Shown: positions 48,571-58,745, counted from the stretch's first letter. The stretch: 64,000 bases of DNA from Minisyncoccota bacterium (GCA_041661265.1 JBAZUT010000002.1:76316-140315), one strand, 5' to 3'. The notes: generated from the sequence alone by a model not told the origin. Program-made: numbers and translations.

Positions 48571-49413
48571 TTACATGATGCGGATAAAGTCAATCGATCT
48601 TATCTTTCTCTCGATATTGAATTCTATGAAAGTGTTCATGAGATGATTGAGCATTCCCGCCATTTTCGCTTCAGCGCATATTTTTTTGAGATTTTTCATA
48701 CTTCCCGACAGGTGAGCCGAGTGTTCCACTGATCCGCTCCCCCCTCTGTATTGCAGAAAACGCATCAGTTTTACGGCGTTATCATCCAAAAATACCGCCT
48801 GATTATCCCTCGACGTGCACTTATCACAGACAATACCTCCCAGGGAATGGCTGAAATAATTTTCACCGGGATTCAGATTTTCCAGACAATGAACGCACCT
48901 CCTGAACTCCGCCGAATATCCGGCGAGATCCAGAATATTGATCTGGAAAAATAGCACCAGAAGATCCAGCGTATCCATACGGCCGGCTGATCTCTGTCTG
49001 CTCCCGGCAGAATTTTCCTGCGCGGAAATATCCGCAGACTCATCCAGAAAAACAAGGCTATCTTTCAGCAAGTGATATATCCTTTCATCTCTGTGTCCGG
49101 CAATTGTCATTTTTTCCACAAGCTCGGAAAAATAATATGCTATCGAAGCCGCTCTGAAATTTTTTCTCAGGCATGAAAAACTTTTTAACGTAAAACTGCT
49201 GGTTGTCTTGTCTATACTCCTTGCATGCGCAAATATAAGATCCGTGCACAAAAAAAGCTCGAGATGACCCTTCAACTTTCCCCTGTGTTTTCTTGCACTC
49301 CTTGCGACAGCCTCCACCTTTCCATATTCCTTCGTATAAAAATCCAGAATCAGGCTCGATTCGCCGAAATTATGCCTCTTTATTATTATACCCTCCGACT
49401 TATATGTTGACAT
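48571..49413 (-). CDS. recO: DNA repair protein RecO
   Basis: N-terminal OB fold, C4 Zn motif CVHC...CDKC. Confidence 0.85.
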   Translation of the reverse strand: MSTYKSEGIIIKRHNFGESSLILDFYTKEYGKVEAVARSARKHRGKLKGHLELFLCTDLIFAHARSIDKTTSSFTLKSFSCLRKNFRAASIAYYFSELVEKMTIAGHRDERIYHLLKDSLVFLDESADISAQENSAGSRQRSAGRMDTLDLLVLFFQINILDLAGYSAEFRRCVHCLENLNPGENYFSHSLGGIVCDKCTSRDNQAVFLDDNAVKLMRFLQYRGGSGSVEHSAHLSGSMKNLKKICAEAKMAGMLNHLMNTFIEFNIERKIRSIDFIRIM

Positions 49414-49425
49414 TTTACTTTTGTG

Positions 49426-52400
49426 TTATGCCTTTTTTACGCCAATCGCGACATTTACATCTCTTATCTTCAGATCCTTCACAAGATCGAAATTATTTTT
49501 TTCTATCGTTTCTATTGGCGTTATATCGGAAGCAAGGCACTCTTTTTGGATGCTTTCTTTCCATCCGCCCATGATCTTCCCGACAAGCCCATTTCCACCC
49601 CCGGACGAATAGGCGACCGAAATCCTATCGTTTCTGTCATATTTAGCCTCTTTTCTCATTGTTTGTATATGGCGGATGATCTCCCTCGAATAGCCCTCCA
49701 TTTCAAGCTCTTCGGTTATTTCAAGATATAATCCTATTTTTATTGTGCCATCATCTTCATATGCCCATCCCTCTCTTGTTTCAAATTCATTCACATAACG
49801 CGCCTCTTTAACATTCAATTCATCCCTCATAATTTCAAATAACTCATCGGTGAGTGCCGCATCTGTAAATTTATCCTTCACATCATACTTATTACTAGTT
49901 TCCTTAGTAGCCTCGATTTTCCCAATAATCAGCACACTCAACGGCATCCTAACTCTAATAGAATTTTTAGCTCTTGCCGCCAAAGCCAATTTAGTTACTC
50001 TGCGAACCAAATCCATTGACTGAGACAGCTCGTTATCAATCAATTTTTTATTTGTTTCCGGGAATTTCTCCAGATGCACCGAAGCATTTCCTGTCAGATT
50101 CCTGAAGATTTCGTCCGCAAGAAATGGCATGAACGGCGCCATGACTTTCGAATATTCGATCATGACATAATATAAAGTTCTGAAAGCATTCATTCTGTCT
50201 TCAGCATCGTTCTCGGACGAAAACCTCTTTCTTGATCTCCTGATATACCAATTTGAAAGTTTATCCGTGAAATCACGAAGGGGTCTTGAAGCCTTAACGA
50301 GATCATAGTTTTCCATCTCGCCGTTCACTCCGCTTATAAGAAGATTCAGTTCGGACACAATCCATCGGTCGAGAAAATTATCTGATATTTTTTTGCTTTC
50401 GAGGTCTTTTGCCTCGAGTTTTGCCATCTCCAGATTCATCGCAAGAAACGAGTAGGCATTCCAAAGAATGAGAATGAACCGCTTCAAAACTTCCTCCACG
50501 CCCTTCTCGGAAAAATTTAGATTCTCGCCTTTCATGACCGGAGAAGAGAGCAGATAATATCGCAAGGAATCCGCGCCATATTTTTCAATAAGAAGATTCG
50601 GATCCGGATAGTTCTTCAGGCTTTTGCTCATTTTCTGCCCGTCTTCAGCCTGAACTATCCCGTTCACGATCACATTCTTGAATGCCGCCTTATCGAAGAG
50701 AGCAGTTGAAAGAACCATCAAAGTATAGAACCATCCCCTCGTCTGGTCCAACCCTTCGGCAATGAAATCCGCCGGGAAACTCTTATTGAATTTTTCAACA
50801 TTCTCAAACGGATAATGATATTGGGCATAGGGCATCGATCCGGATTCGAACCAGCAATCGAATACGTCTCCGACAATTACCGCTTCCCCCGCGCACTTCG
50901 GACATTTCGCCTTGACCATGTCGATGTTCGGCTTATGCATATTGAACTCCCGCCCGCCCTCGTCAATATAGAATATCTCGCTCTCGCAATACCCAAGCGC
51001 ATCTTGCGCAACGAAACAATCCGCTATGGAAATTCCGCTCAAAACCCTCCTGAAGATCGCATTGATGCCTCCATGGCTTACGACCAGAATGTTCTTCCCG
51101 GGATATTTTTCTATGCACCGGCCGATGAATTTTCTGACGCGCACTTCCATCTGCCTTCTCGACTCCCCGTCTCCGCCCAGGACAAAATCATATTTTTCTT
51201 CAAGAGTTGCGATCTTCTTGTATTTTTTATAAAGCTCGTCATTCTCCAGAAGATATTTGGCCGTTCTATCGTTCCATGAACCATATTTATATTCCATCAC
51301 CAGATCATCTGTAACAACCTCCGCTTTCAATGCTTTGCTTATTATTTCCGCAGTCTGGCGGGTGCGCAGGACCGGAGACGTTATAATTATATCTATTTTT
51401 TTATCTTTCAGTTCTTTCGCTGCTTTTTCGGCATGTCCGATGCCATCCTCCGTCAGCGGATATTTTTCAAGGCTGTCCGATTTGATATTTTCCAGATTCT
51501 TTCCGCTCTCCCCATGGCGCATAAAAATGATCTTGGTTATCTTCTTTTCAGTATTATTCCTGAGTTCATCGATCGAACTTACGACCAATTTTTCTCCGCA
51601 ATCCTTGCACTTCCAGACCGGAAGCGGAGCTCCCCAGAACCTGCTCCTGGAAACCGCCCAGTCGCGCGCGTCCTCAAGCCACTTGCCGAATCTCCCTTCC
51701 TTGATATATTCCGGAACCCACCTTATCTTCTTGTTGTTCTTTATCATCTTGTCCTTGATGTCCGTGACCTTCACAAACCATGAGCTTGTCGCATAATTGA
51801 TGAGCGGAGTATTGCATCTCCAGCAATGAGGGTAGCTATGCTCGTATTTCTCCTTGGCATACAGTGTTCCGGTGTGAGCAAGATATTTTATGATCTCGAT
51901 GTCAGTTTTCTGGCTGTCTTCGGCAGACTTCACTTTCATACCTGCGAATTCTTTCATCTCGGGAGTGAATGTGCCATCCGTCCTCACGTTGACGATTATT
52001 GGAAGCCCGATCTGTTTTGCCGCCTGCATATCGATCTCGCCGAATGCCCCGTTTATGGTCACGATCCCGGTTCCGTCTTCCAGGCTCACATAATCCGTCA
52101 AATGCGTCTTATAGACATTTTCATTTTTCTTAACCCTGTCGTCATCTTTATAAAAATCGGAAAATGGATGAATATATGAAATATGCTCCATGTCTTTTCC
52201 TTCTATCTCTTTTATGGCATCGTATTTTTCAACTTTACCTTTTTCAATGACATAAGGGAGTCTTTCTTTTACGCAAATGAATTGTTCGCCTTGCGCCGAA
52301 AACAGCGTATAACTGAAATCTCCGCCCACAGCAAGGCCCATTGTCGTCGGAACACTCCATGGAGTTGTCGTCCACGCCAGAAAACTTGTCGGCTTTCCTG

Positions 52401-53067
52401 TGCATTGCTTATCCAGGAAGGCTTTGTCGGTGATCTTGAATTTCACGATAACCGAAAAATCTTTTACCGTCTTGTATCCCAGCGTCACTTCGAAATTGGA
52501 TAGCGTAGTTTCACATCTCGGGCAAAGATGCATGGACTTTTTCCCTTCATATATCAGACCTTTTTTATACAGTTCAGAAAAGACCCACCATATTGATTCC
52601 GTGTATTTCCAGTCCATGGTCTTGTAGTCATTATCCATATCCACCCACCTGCCGACTCGCGGAATGAATTTTTTCCACTCATCCGCATATCGAAGCACAG
52701 ATGAATGACAGGCATCATTGAACTTGTCCACGCCCCACTTTTCTATGTCCTTTTTGTTCTTTATGCCATGCTCTTTTTCGATCAGATTCTCGATCGGAAG
52801 CCCATGACAATCCCAACCCCACTTTCTCTCAACTCTTTTTCCCTTCATGGTCCAGAACCTGGGCACCGCATCTTTCATAAGACTCGCCACCACGTTCCCG
52901 TAATGAGGAAGTCCCGTCGCAAAAGGAGGACCGTCAAAAAAGCTATACGCCGGCTTTTCTCCCTCCTCGCCCACGGATCTTTCGAAAATCTTATTTTCTT
53001 TCCAATATGCCATCAATTCACGCTCCATTTCCGGAAAATTTTGCTTTGGATCGGCTTTTTTGAACAT
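49426..53067 (-). CDS. ileS: isoleucine--tRNA ligase (type 2) with an inserted histidine-phosphatase domain
   Basis: HYGN (HIGH) region, CP1 editing domain, KMSKS, Zn knuckles; start at MFKKADP (ORF-track extension to 53169 unlikely). Confidence 0.93.
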   Translation of the reverse strand: MFKKADPKQNFPEMERELMAYWKENKIFERSVGEEGEKPAYSFFDGPPFATGLPHYGNVVASLMKDAVPRFWTMKGKRVERKWGWDCHGLPIENLIEKEHGIKNKKDIEKWGVDKFNDACHSSVLRYADEWKKFIPRVGRWVDMDNDYKTMDWKYTESIWWVFSELYKKGLIYEGKKSMHLCPRCETTLSNFEVTLGYKTVKDFSVIVKFKITDKAFLDKQCTGKPTSFLAWTTTPWSVPTTMGLAVGGDFSYTLFSAQGEQFICVKERLPYVIEKGKVEKYDAIKEIEGKDMEHISYIHPFSDFYKDDDRVKKNENVYKTHLTDYVSLEDGTGIVTINGAFGEIDMQAAKQIGLPIIVNVRTDGTFTPEMKEFAGMKVKSAEDSQKTDIEIIKYLAHTGTLYAKEKYEHSYPHCWRCNTPLINYATSSWFVKVTDIKDKMIKNNKKIRWVPEYIKEGRFGKWLEDARDWAVSRSRFWGAPLPVWKCKDCGEKLVVSSIDELRNNTEKKITKIIFMRHGESGKNLENIKSDSLEKYPLTEDGIGHAEKAAKELKDKKIDIIITSPVLRTRQTAEIISKALKAEVVTDDLVMEYKYGSWNDRTAKYLLENDELYKKYKKIATLEEKYDFVLGGDGESRRQMEVRVRKFIGRCIEKYPGKNILVVSHGGINAIFRRVLSGISIADCFVAQDALGYCESEIFYIDEGGREFNMHKPNIDMVKAKCPKCAGEAVIVGDVFDCWFESGSMPYAQYHYPFENVEKFNKSFPADFIAEGLDQTRGWFYTLMVLSTALFDKAAFKNVIVNGIVQAEDGQKMSKSLKNYPDPNLLIEKYGADSLRYYLLSSPVMKGENLNFSEKGVEEVLKRFILILWNAYSFLAMNLEMAKLEAKDLESKKISDNFLDRWIVSELNLLISGVNGEMENYDLVKASRPLRDFTDKLSNWYIRRSRKRFSSENDAEDRMNAFRTLYYVMIEYSKVMAPFMPFLADEIFRNLTGNASVHLEKFPETNKKLIDNELSQSMDLVRRVTKLALAARAKNSIRVRMPLSVLIIGKIEATKETSNKYDVKDKFTDAALTDELFEIMRDELNVKEARYVNEFETREGWAYEDDGTIKIGLYLEITEELEMEGYSREIIRHIQTMRKEAKYDRNDRISVAYSSGGGNGLVGKIMGGWKESIQKECLASDITPIETIEKNNFDLVKDLKIRDVNVAIGVKKA
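51025..51543 (-). other. inserted histidine-phosphatase (phosphoglycerate-mutase-like) domain within ileS, about 170 aa
   Basis: KIIFMRHGESGKN ... ILVVSHGGINAIFRRV, lying between the WKCKDCGEK and CPKCAG...WFESGSMP segments of IleRS. Confidence 0.7.
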
Positions 53068-53271
53068 AATATGATTTATTTGTTTACATATCCATTTTAA
53101 GCTAATATAAGCAAAAAGTAAATATATTCCCCGATGTTGACAAAATCGTTCATATCCAATAAACTTCAAGGAAACCCTAAAATATTTTGGTCCGGGAATA
53201 TGCCTTTATTGCATAGATATAGCCATATTCTTGTCCTATAATAAGGACACGTAATACAAAGGTGATATATT

Positions 53272-53988
53272 TTGTCCGACACGAAAAATAAAATCGACAT
53301 AAACCCCGAAAATGCCTTGATTTTGGCAAAATGCAACCCAAAACTGGCACTTTTGATAGCGGAAATGCTTGAAAGGAAAGGAGATGACGAAAAGATCATT
53401 GAGGTGTTCCGCCTCGCTCCCGGCGACACGCTGAAATTCATCTACAAGAATCCCCGGTTCGCATCGCAGCTTGTAAAGATCATACCGGATAAGGTCGATG
53501 AGATCATCAATATGCCCAACCTTCCGAAAGAAGAGCTTGTCGAGATCGCCCTCTGTTTTCCGGATAAAATGCTCAGGATAGCCAGGAAAAATCCGGATAG
53601 CATCACCCTGATGTTCTTTGAAGCGATGTACAATGCAGATGATGATCCTAAAATTGAAAAGCAGAAAATAGCCCTAATCAAGAAAAAGGTCTGCGAGATA
53701 GGGCAGGAATTCCCGGATCACATAATGCCGATCTTGTCGAAAATAAAAGACTCCAGGAAATGCGAAGATGAGCAAAAGGGAATAATGATCGAAACCGCAA
53801 AGTTCTTTCCCGAAAAGGCGGTTGATATCGCAACATTCTTCAATCTTGAAATCGATATCGCAAGGGAGGTTCCAAGCGTCGCCGCAAAGATCGCAATTGA
53901 AAAACCATTGCTGGCATTCGCCATAATCGAAGCAGTCCCTGCATCAGAAAAAGAAATAAGGGAACATTTCACCCTGAAATATAAATAA
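53272..53988 (+). CDS. hypothetical alpha-helical repeat protein (238 aa)
   Basis: ORF followed by a terminator. Confidence 0.5.
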   Translation: MSDTKNKIDINPENALILAKCNPKLALLIAEMLERKGDDEKIIEVFRLAPGDTLKFIYKNPRFASQLVKIIPDKVDEIINMPNLPKEELVEIALCFPDKMLRIARKNPDSITLMFFEAMYNADDDPKIEKQKIALIKKKVCEIGQEFPDHIMPILSKIKDSRKCEDEQKGIMIETAKFFPEKAVDIATFFNLEIDIAREVPSVAAKIAIEKPLLAFAIIEAVPASEKEIREHFTLKYK

Positions 53989-53991
53989 AAA

Positions 53992-54018
53992 ATCCGTCGA
54001 ACGAAACGGATCTTTTTT
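53992..54018 (+). terminator. rho-independent terminator
   Basis: ATCCGT-CGAACGAA-ACGGAT then TTTTTTT. Confidence 0.65.
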
Positions 54019-54096
54019 TATTTACCAAAATCCCCTCTTGAGAGCCTGCTGATAGGCAGGGGGTTAGGGGTGTGTAATTTCAGTCATCTCATAAAT

Positions 54097-55263
54097 TTAT
54101 TTCCTTACACCCGCAACTTCTTTGTATATCTTCAGCGTTTCTTCCGCAGTTTTTTTCCAATGATATTTTTTTGCCTGCTCGACTCCCTTCGTCTTGAGAT
54201 CCTCGCGCAATTTTTCATCATCAAGAATTTTCAGAATGGAGCTTTTCATGGCATCTATATCATAAGGACTTACATGCATGGCCGCATTTCCCGTTATCTC
54301 AATGTGGGACGGGACATCGGAACAGATGACCGGAACTCCGCATGCCATCGCCTCAAGCACGGATGAACCGAATTCTTCATAGACAGGAACGGAAACAAAA
54401 ACATCCGCTCCGGAAAATATTCCATTCAGATCCTCCGGCGCGATATATCCCGGAAACAGAACCTCATTCTTCAGCCCGAAATCTTTCGCAGTCTGCCTTA
54501 TCTCGTCGGACAGCCATCCGTTCTTGCCGGCAAGAACCAGCTTATATTTGGAATTTGGTTTTTTTCCTTTCAGGATCAGCCTCAATTTTGAAAAAGCCTC
54601 GATCAGCCTGGAAAGATTGTTCAAAGGCTTGATAGTATTCATAAAAAGTATATATTCGCCGTCGATCCCGTATTTTTCTTTGACCCTCTGGATCTCGCTT
54701 ATGGGAGCCTCTTTGAAGAATTTTTCATCAAACGCATTATAGACCACTCTGATCTTCTTATCCTCAACTTCGAAGTCTCCTACAAGATCCTTCCTTGCGG
54801 ACTCGCTCGTTGCAATGACCATATCCGCTTTTTTAAATGCAGGGGGTTTGAGCTTGAACTTCATGACACTCTTCTGAGGGAACATATCCGGAAACTTTTT
54901 CATTGCAAGATAATAGGACGTCACCACCAGCCTTCCTCTGTATGTCATCGGAACCCTCCCTCCGGGAACATGCAGAACATCCAGATTGTCGTGAGTGAAA
55001 TATGCCGACGCAAGCATCTCGGAATATGCAACGGGAAGGAATTTTTTATAATAGGAGAACGGGAAATGCCTTATGGTCACATTCGGCCGGCTGAACTTCT
55101 TTATATCCTTGTCCCTCACTCTATAATTAAAATACAGAAAATATTCATTTTCTTTGTCAATTTCAAGCAGATGCCTGATCAATTGATAGGTATAATGCCC
55201 TAATCCTGCGGCATCTCCCAATTCCGGATTCAATATTGTTTGCGCGTCTATTCCAATTCTCAT
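54097..55263 (-). CDS. glycosyltransferase family 4
   Basis: EEFGSSVLEAMACGVPVI motif. Confidence 0.85.
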   Translation of the reverse strand: MRIGIDAQTILNPELGDAAGLGHYTYQLIRHLLEIDKENEYFLYFNYRVRDKDIKKFSRPNVTIRHFPFSYYKKFLPVAYSEMLASAYFTHDNLDVLHVPGGRVPMTYRGRLVVTSYYLAMKKFPDMFPQKSVMKFKLKPPAFKKADMVIATSESARKDLVGDFEVEDKKIRVVYNAFDEKFFKEAPISEIQRVKEKYGIDGEYILFMNTIKPLNNLSRLIEAFSKLRLILKGKKPNSKYKLVLAGKNGWLSDEIRQTAKDFGLKNEVLFPGYIAPEDLNGIFSGADVFVSVPVYEEFGSSVLEAMACGVPVICSDVPSHIEITGNAAMHVSPYDIDAMKSSILKILDDEKLREDLKTKGVEQAKKYHWKKTAEETLKIYKEVAGVRK

Positions 55264-55374
55264 ATAATTGAATTATTTTCTTATCTGATACCCCAATTAT
55301 GACCCCGTATAAATTCAGTGTCAAATATGATTTCAACATTGCCACTGGCTCATTCATTGTGATAGACTTAAATT

Positions 55375-55824
55375 ATGAAAATCTTAGCAATAAACAAACG
55401 GGCGACTTTTGACTATGAGATCCTGGAAAAGCGGGAGGGCGGTTTGGTGTTGTCCGGACAGGAGGTCAAATCGATCAAATCCGGACACATGAGCCTCAAG
55501 GGCGCATATGTCACTTCCCGCGGCTTGGAACTGTTTCTCACCAATTCCAATGTTCCCGCCTATCAGCCCAAAAACACCTCCGAAAGCTATGATCCCACAA
55601 GACCCCGGAAGGTCATGCTGCATAAACAGGAAATAAAAACCCTCCTCGGAAAGATAACCCAGAGAGGCTTGACATTGGTGCCAATTAAGGTATACTCCAT
55701 ACATGGTTTGATAAAGCTTGAATTCGGCATAGGAAAAGGAAAAAAGAAGGTTGATAAGCGGGAAGATATCAAGAAAAGAGAAGACAAAATGAGAATTGCA
55801 AGAGCTTTAAGACCTAAGGCCTAA
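55375..55824 (+). CDS. smpB: SsrA-binding protein
   Basis: IA.NK.A.FDY.I.E..E.G..L.G.EVKS motif. Confidence 0.93.
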   Translation: MKILAINKRATFDYEILEKREGGLVLSGQEVKSIKSGHMSLKGAYVTSRGLELFLTNSNVPAYQPKNTSESYDPTRPRKVMLHKQEIKTLLGKITQRGLTLVPIKVYSIHGLIKLEFGIGKGKKKVDKREDIKKREDKMRIARALRPKA

Positions 55825-55880
55825 TTTTATTTAGTGCCTGACTAAGTTCATGATCATTGAAATGAAATTAGGATCCTATC

Positions 55881-56268
55881 GGGGATGAAATTTGGATTCG
55901 ATAGGAATCTGATTTAAAGACTGCCAATTGAGCACGCCTGTAATCTCATAAAACCTTCGGGCAAATCATAAGTGCAAAATCACTTACAGAAAAAGTGGCA
56001 TCTCTATTCAGAATGCCGTCTTTTTCAACCGCTATTGCTTAATTTAAGCCGATAGCCATCGAATTACCGATTCTTGGTAGGTAAACCTCGGTGTCATATT
56101 CCAGGATAGCGCTTGACCGCTTGGGATCAAGCCGCGAAAATACACCAAGCAAGGATCTACGGGTAACTTGGCTGTTCATCACCCATAGATCCCACTTCGA
56201 ACAGCATATATTGGTAGAAGGTCTTTGAAGGGATATCTTACACGCGGGTTCAACTCCCGCCATCTCCA
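55881..56268 (+). ncRNA. ssrA: tmRNA (ssrA)
   Basis: 5' GGGGAUGAAAUUUGGAUUCGAUAGG resembles canonical tmRNA 5' end; 3' GCGGGUUCAACUCCCGCCAUCUCCA T-arm and acceptor pairing with 5' GGGGAUG; directly downstream of smpB. Confidence 0.85.
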
Positions 56269-56474
56269 CTTAATTTCCCACCCCCGCTTTCAGTTACCGG
56301 GTAAAACTTATTTTTTGATAAGTATTTCAGTTTCAAGAAAGATTCTTCAATCTCTGGTTTTTAATTAATATTCCAATAACTTAATTTAAAAATTATATAT
56401 TCAGAAATTATTTAGGAATTAGAAATTAGAAATTAAAAATTAATTGTAAACATATAGCACAAAAAGAATTCAGG

Positions 56475-56999
56475 ATAAACCACCAGATAAGACTGCCGGA
56501 AGCTTCAATTATCGGCGACGATGGAGAGAAGTTGGGCATTATGAGCATCAGCGATGCCTTGAGACTGGCGACCGAAAAAACCCTTGATCTCGTGGAAGTT
56601 TCTCCGAACCTCAATCCCCCGGTCTGCAAGATCATGGATTACGGGAAATTCCTTTATAAGATCGCAAAGCAGAAACGGCAGCAAAGCGCAAAACAGAAAA
56701 CGGTAGGCACAAAAGGAATAAGGCTCTCGATCAGGATCGAGAAACACGATATGGAGTTCAAGGCAAAGAACGCCATCAAATTTATGGAAAAGGGCCACAA
56801 GGCGAAAATAGACATGTTCCTGAAAGGAAGAGAAAAAGCGAATATTGACTTTGCTCGGGAAAAGATCGAAAAATTCCTTCAGATGGTGCGCGAATTCGTA
56901 AAAGCGGACCCTAAAAACGCCGCAAAAGAGATATTCTCCGAAAAGGGCTTGCAAAAAACTCCACAAGGCTTTATAATCATCCTGGAATTTAAGAAATAA
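56475..56999 (+). CDS. infC: translation initiation factor IF-3; non-AUG start (AUA/AUU/UUG candidates)
   Basis: INHQIRLPEASIIGDDGEKLGIMSISDALRLA matches the IF3 N-terminus and is in frame upstream of the ORF-track TTG start; exact start unresolved. Confidence 0.85.
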   Translation: MNHQIRLPEASIIGDDGEKLGIMSISDALRLATEKTLDLVEVSPNLNPPVCKIMDYGKFLYKIAKQKRQQSAKQKTVGTKGIRLSIRIEKHDMEFKAKNAIKFMEKGHKAKIDMFLKGREKANIDFAREKIEKFLQMVREFVKADPKNAAKEIFSEKGLQKTPQGFIIILEFKK

Positions 57000-57000
57000 A

Positions 57001-57050
57001 CCCAACCCTGCAGCTTTGCTACAGGGTATCAGGGTGGGTTTTTTACGAGA
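57001..57050 (+). terminator. terminator or attenuator hairpin between infC and rpmI
   Basis: CCCAACCCTG...CAGGGT..GGGTGGGTTTTTT. Confidence 0.45.
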
Positions 57051-57112
57051 GGATTCGGCGCCGCCGAAACATTAAGTAGAAACCGTAATAATTAAGTTTA
57101 AATATTACAACA

Positions 57113-57298
57113 ATGAAATCCAAAACAAGAAAAGCGGTAGCCAAGAGGTTCAAGATCACCAAAACAGGCAAAGTCATGGCAAGATCGGCCAATCAGGATC
57201 ATTTCAACTCCAGAGAATCCGGCAACGTAACAAGAAGAAAAAGACTGGACAAGACAATATCAAGTTCACTGAAGAATGCCATCAAGAAACAGATTTAA
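57113..57298 (+). CDS. rpmI: 50S ribosomal protein L35
   Basis: Basic 61-aa protein, KRFKITKTGK motif, infC-rpmI-rplT synteny. Confidence 0.85.
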   Translation: MKSKTRKAVAKRFKITKTGKVMARSANQDHFNSRESGNVTRRKRLDKTISSSLKNAIKKQI

Positions 57299-57321
57299 TA
57301 AGTAAAAGATAAACTCAACAT

Positions 57322-57681
57322 ATGACAAGAATCAAACGAGGGGTAATGTCCCATAAAAGAAGAAAGAATGTCCTGAGAAGAGCGAAAGGTTTTGAGAACG
57401 GTAAAAAGAACAAATTCATCAGAGCAAAAGAGCATCTGATGCATGCCGGAGTTTATGCATTCCGAGATAGACGCGCTAAAAAAAGGACAATGAGAGCATT
57501 GTGGCTGATCAGGCTGAACGCCGCAGTAAGAGAATACGGGATAAGCTACAGCAGATTCATAAACGCCGCCAAGAACGCAAAAATCGACATCGACAGGAAA
57601 GTCCTTTCAGATCTCGCATTGAACAATCCGGAGATATTTGCAAAGATCGTTGAAAAAGCAAAAACCCAGATCAAACAATAG
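57322..57681 (+). CDS. rplT: 50S ribosomal protein L20
   Basis: MTRIKRGV...RRAKGF...RALWLIRLNAA motif. Confidence 0.93.
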   Translation: MTRIKRGVMSHKRRKNVLRRAKGFENGKKNKFIRAKEHLMHAGVYAFRDRRAKKRTMRALWLIRLNAAVREYGISYSRFINAAKNAKIDIDRKVLSDLALNNPEIFAKIVEKAKTQIKQ

Positions 57682-57779
57682 CACGCATTTAAAAAAACAG
57701 CCTCGTATGGGTTGTTTTTTTATGTGATCAAACCCGATTATTTTTTAGATTTTTGGGCCTCATGAACTTCTCACTCTCC

Positions 57780-58745
57780 CTACCACCTATAATTATCAAA
57801 AGTCCAATTGATGATCTTTTCGGTATCTTTGAATCTATCCGATGAATTCAGGACGACGCTTACGATCTTATTGTTCGCATCGTCAGATCCCGCAACAAGA
57901 ACCATGCATTCCCCCGCATCATCAGTAAACCCCGTCTTGCCACCTTCGATATTTTTCACTTTCCCCAAAAGCAGATTAGTGCTTTTTAATATATGCTTGG
58001 TTTTTTTGTCGGCCGACCAGACCTCGCCCCTTTGGATCTTCATATCCTCCCATATCCTTGAATAACGCAGGCCATAATCAAAGATCTGCGCAATTTCATA
58101 GGCAGTAGAATAATTCTCCTCCTGCTGGTCCAGTCCGGATGCATTGAAAAATCTGGTATTTTCAAGACCGAGCAATTCCGCTCTTTCATTCATAAGCCCG
58201 ATAAAGTCCCCCGATTCCCCGTTCACATGCTCGGCGATCGCCTCTGCTGCGACATTATTCGAATTCACAAGCATGATCTTCAGAAGATCTTCCGCCATAA
58301 TCTCTTCGCCCGCAAAAAGACCGTCTCTTTTTCCGCCTTTCTTTATGGCCTTTTCGGTTATAACGATCCTATCGGAAAGATCTATTTTTTCCATGGCTAT
58401 AATGGCCGTCATGAGTTTCGAAAGGCTCGCAATCGGCATTTTTCTGTTTTCTTCTTTTGAAAAAAGAACTGCATTCGTTCCAATATCCATAACCACCGCC
58501 GACTTTGAGCTAATCTCCATTTCTTTTGCATCGTTGTTCTTTGAAGGCAATATACTGAGTTCGCTTCCGACTTTGAGATTTTCCATATAATAATTCCAAT
58601 TAATTTTGTCGTCATTACCCGCGCTTGCGTCAACCGACCCTTCATTCACAACAGCGCCCAAAAGATCAGCTTCAGTGTTGCCTGAAGAAAATATGTATGT
58701 TTGGTTTATCAGGGCCATTATCAATATAGCGATTTTTTCTATCAT
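57780..58745 (-). CDS. D-alanyl-D-alanine carboxypeptidase (peptidase S11, PBP5-like)
   Basis: SLSKLMT (SxxK), SNN, KTGFT motifs. Confidence 0.85.
   Translation of the reverse strand: MIEKIAILIMALINQTYIFSSGNTEADLLGAVVNEGSVDASAGNDDKINWNYYMENLKVGSELSILPSKNNDAKEMEISSKSAVVMDIGTNAVLFSKEENRKMPIASLSKLMTAIIAMEKIDLSDRIVITEKAIKKGGKRDGLFAGEEIMAEDLLKIMLVNSNNVAAEAIAEHVNGESGDFIGLMNERAELLGLENTRFFNASGLDQQEENYSTAYEIAQIFDYGLRYSRIWEDMKIQRGEVWSADKKTKHILKSTNLLLGKVKNIEGGKTGFTDDAGECMVLVAGSDDANNKIVSVVLNSSDRFKDTEKIINWTFDNYRW

Noticed and set aside
53068-53169. 34-codon N-terminal extension of the ileS ORF
   Set aside because: The conserved IleRS N-terminus begins at MFKKADP (ATG at 53067). The upstream residues are non-conserved and lack an RBS.
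56039-56269. 76-aa minus-strand ORF
   Set aside because: It lies entirely inside the tmRNA gene on the opposite strand. It is an artefact of GC-rich structured RNA.
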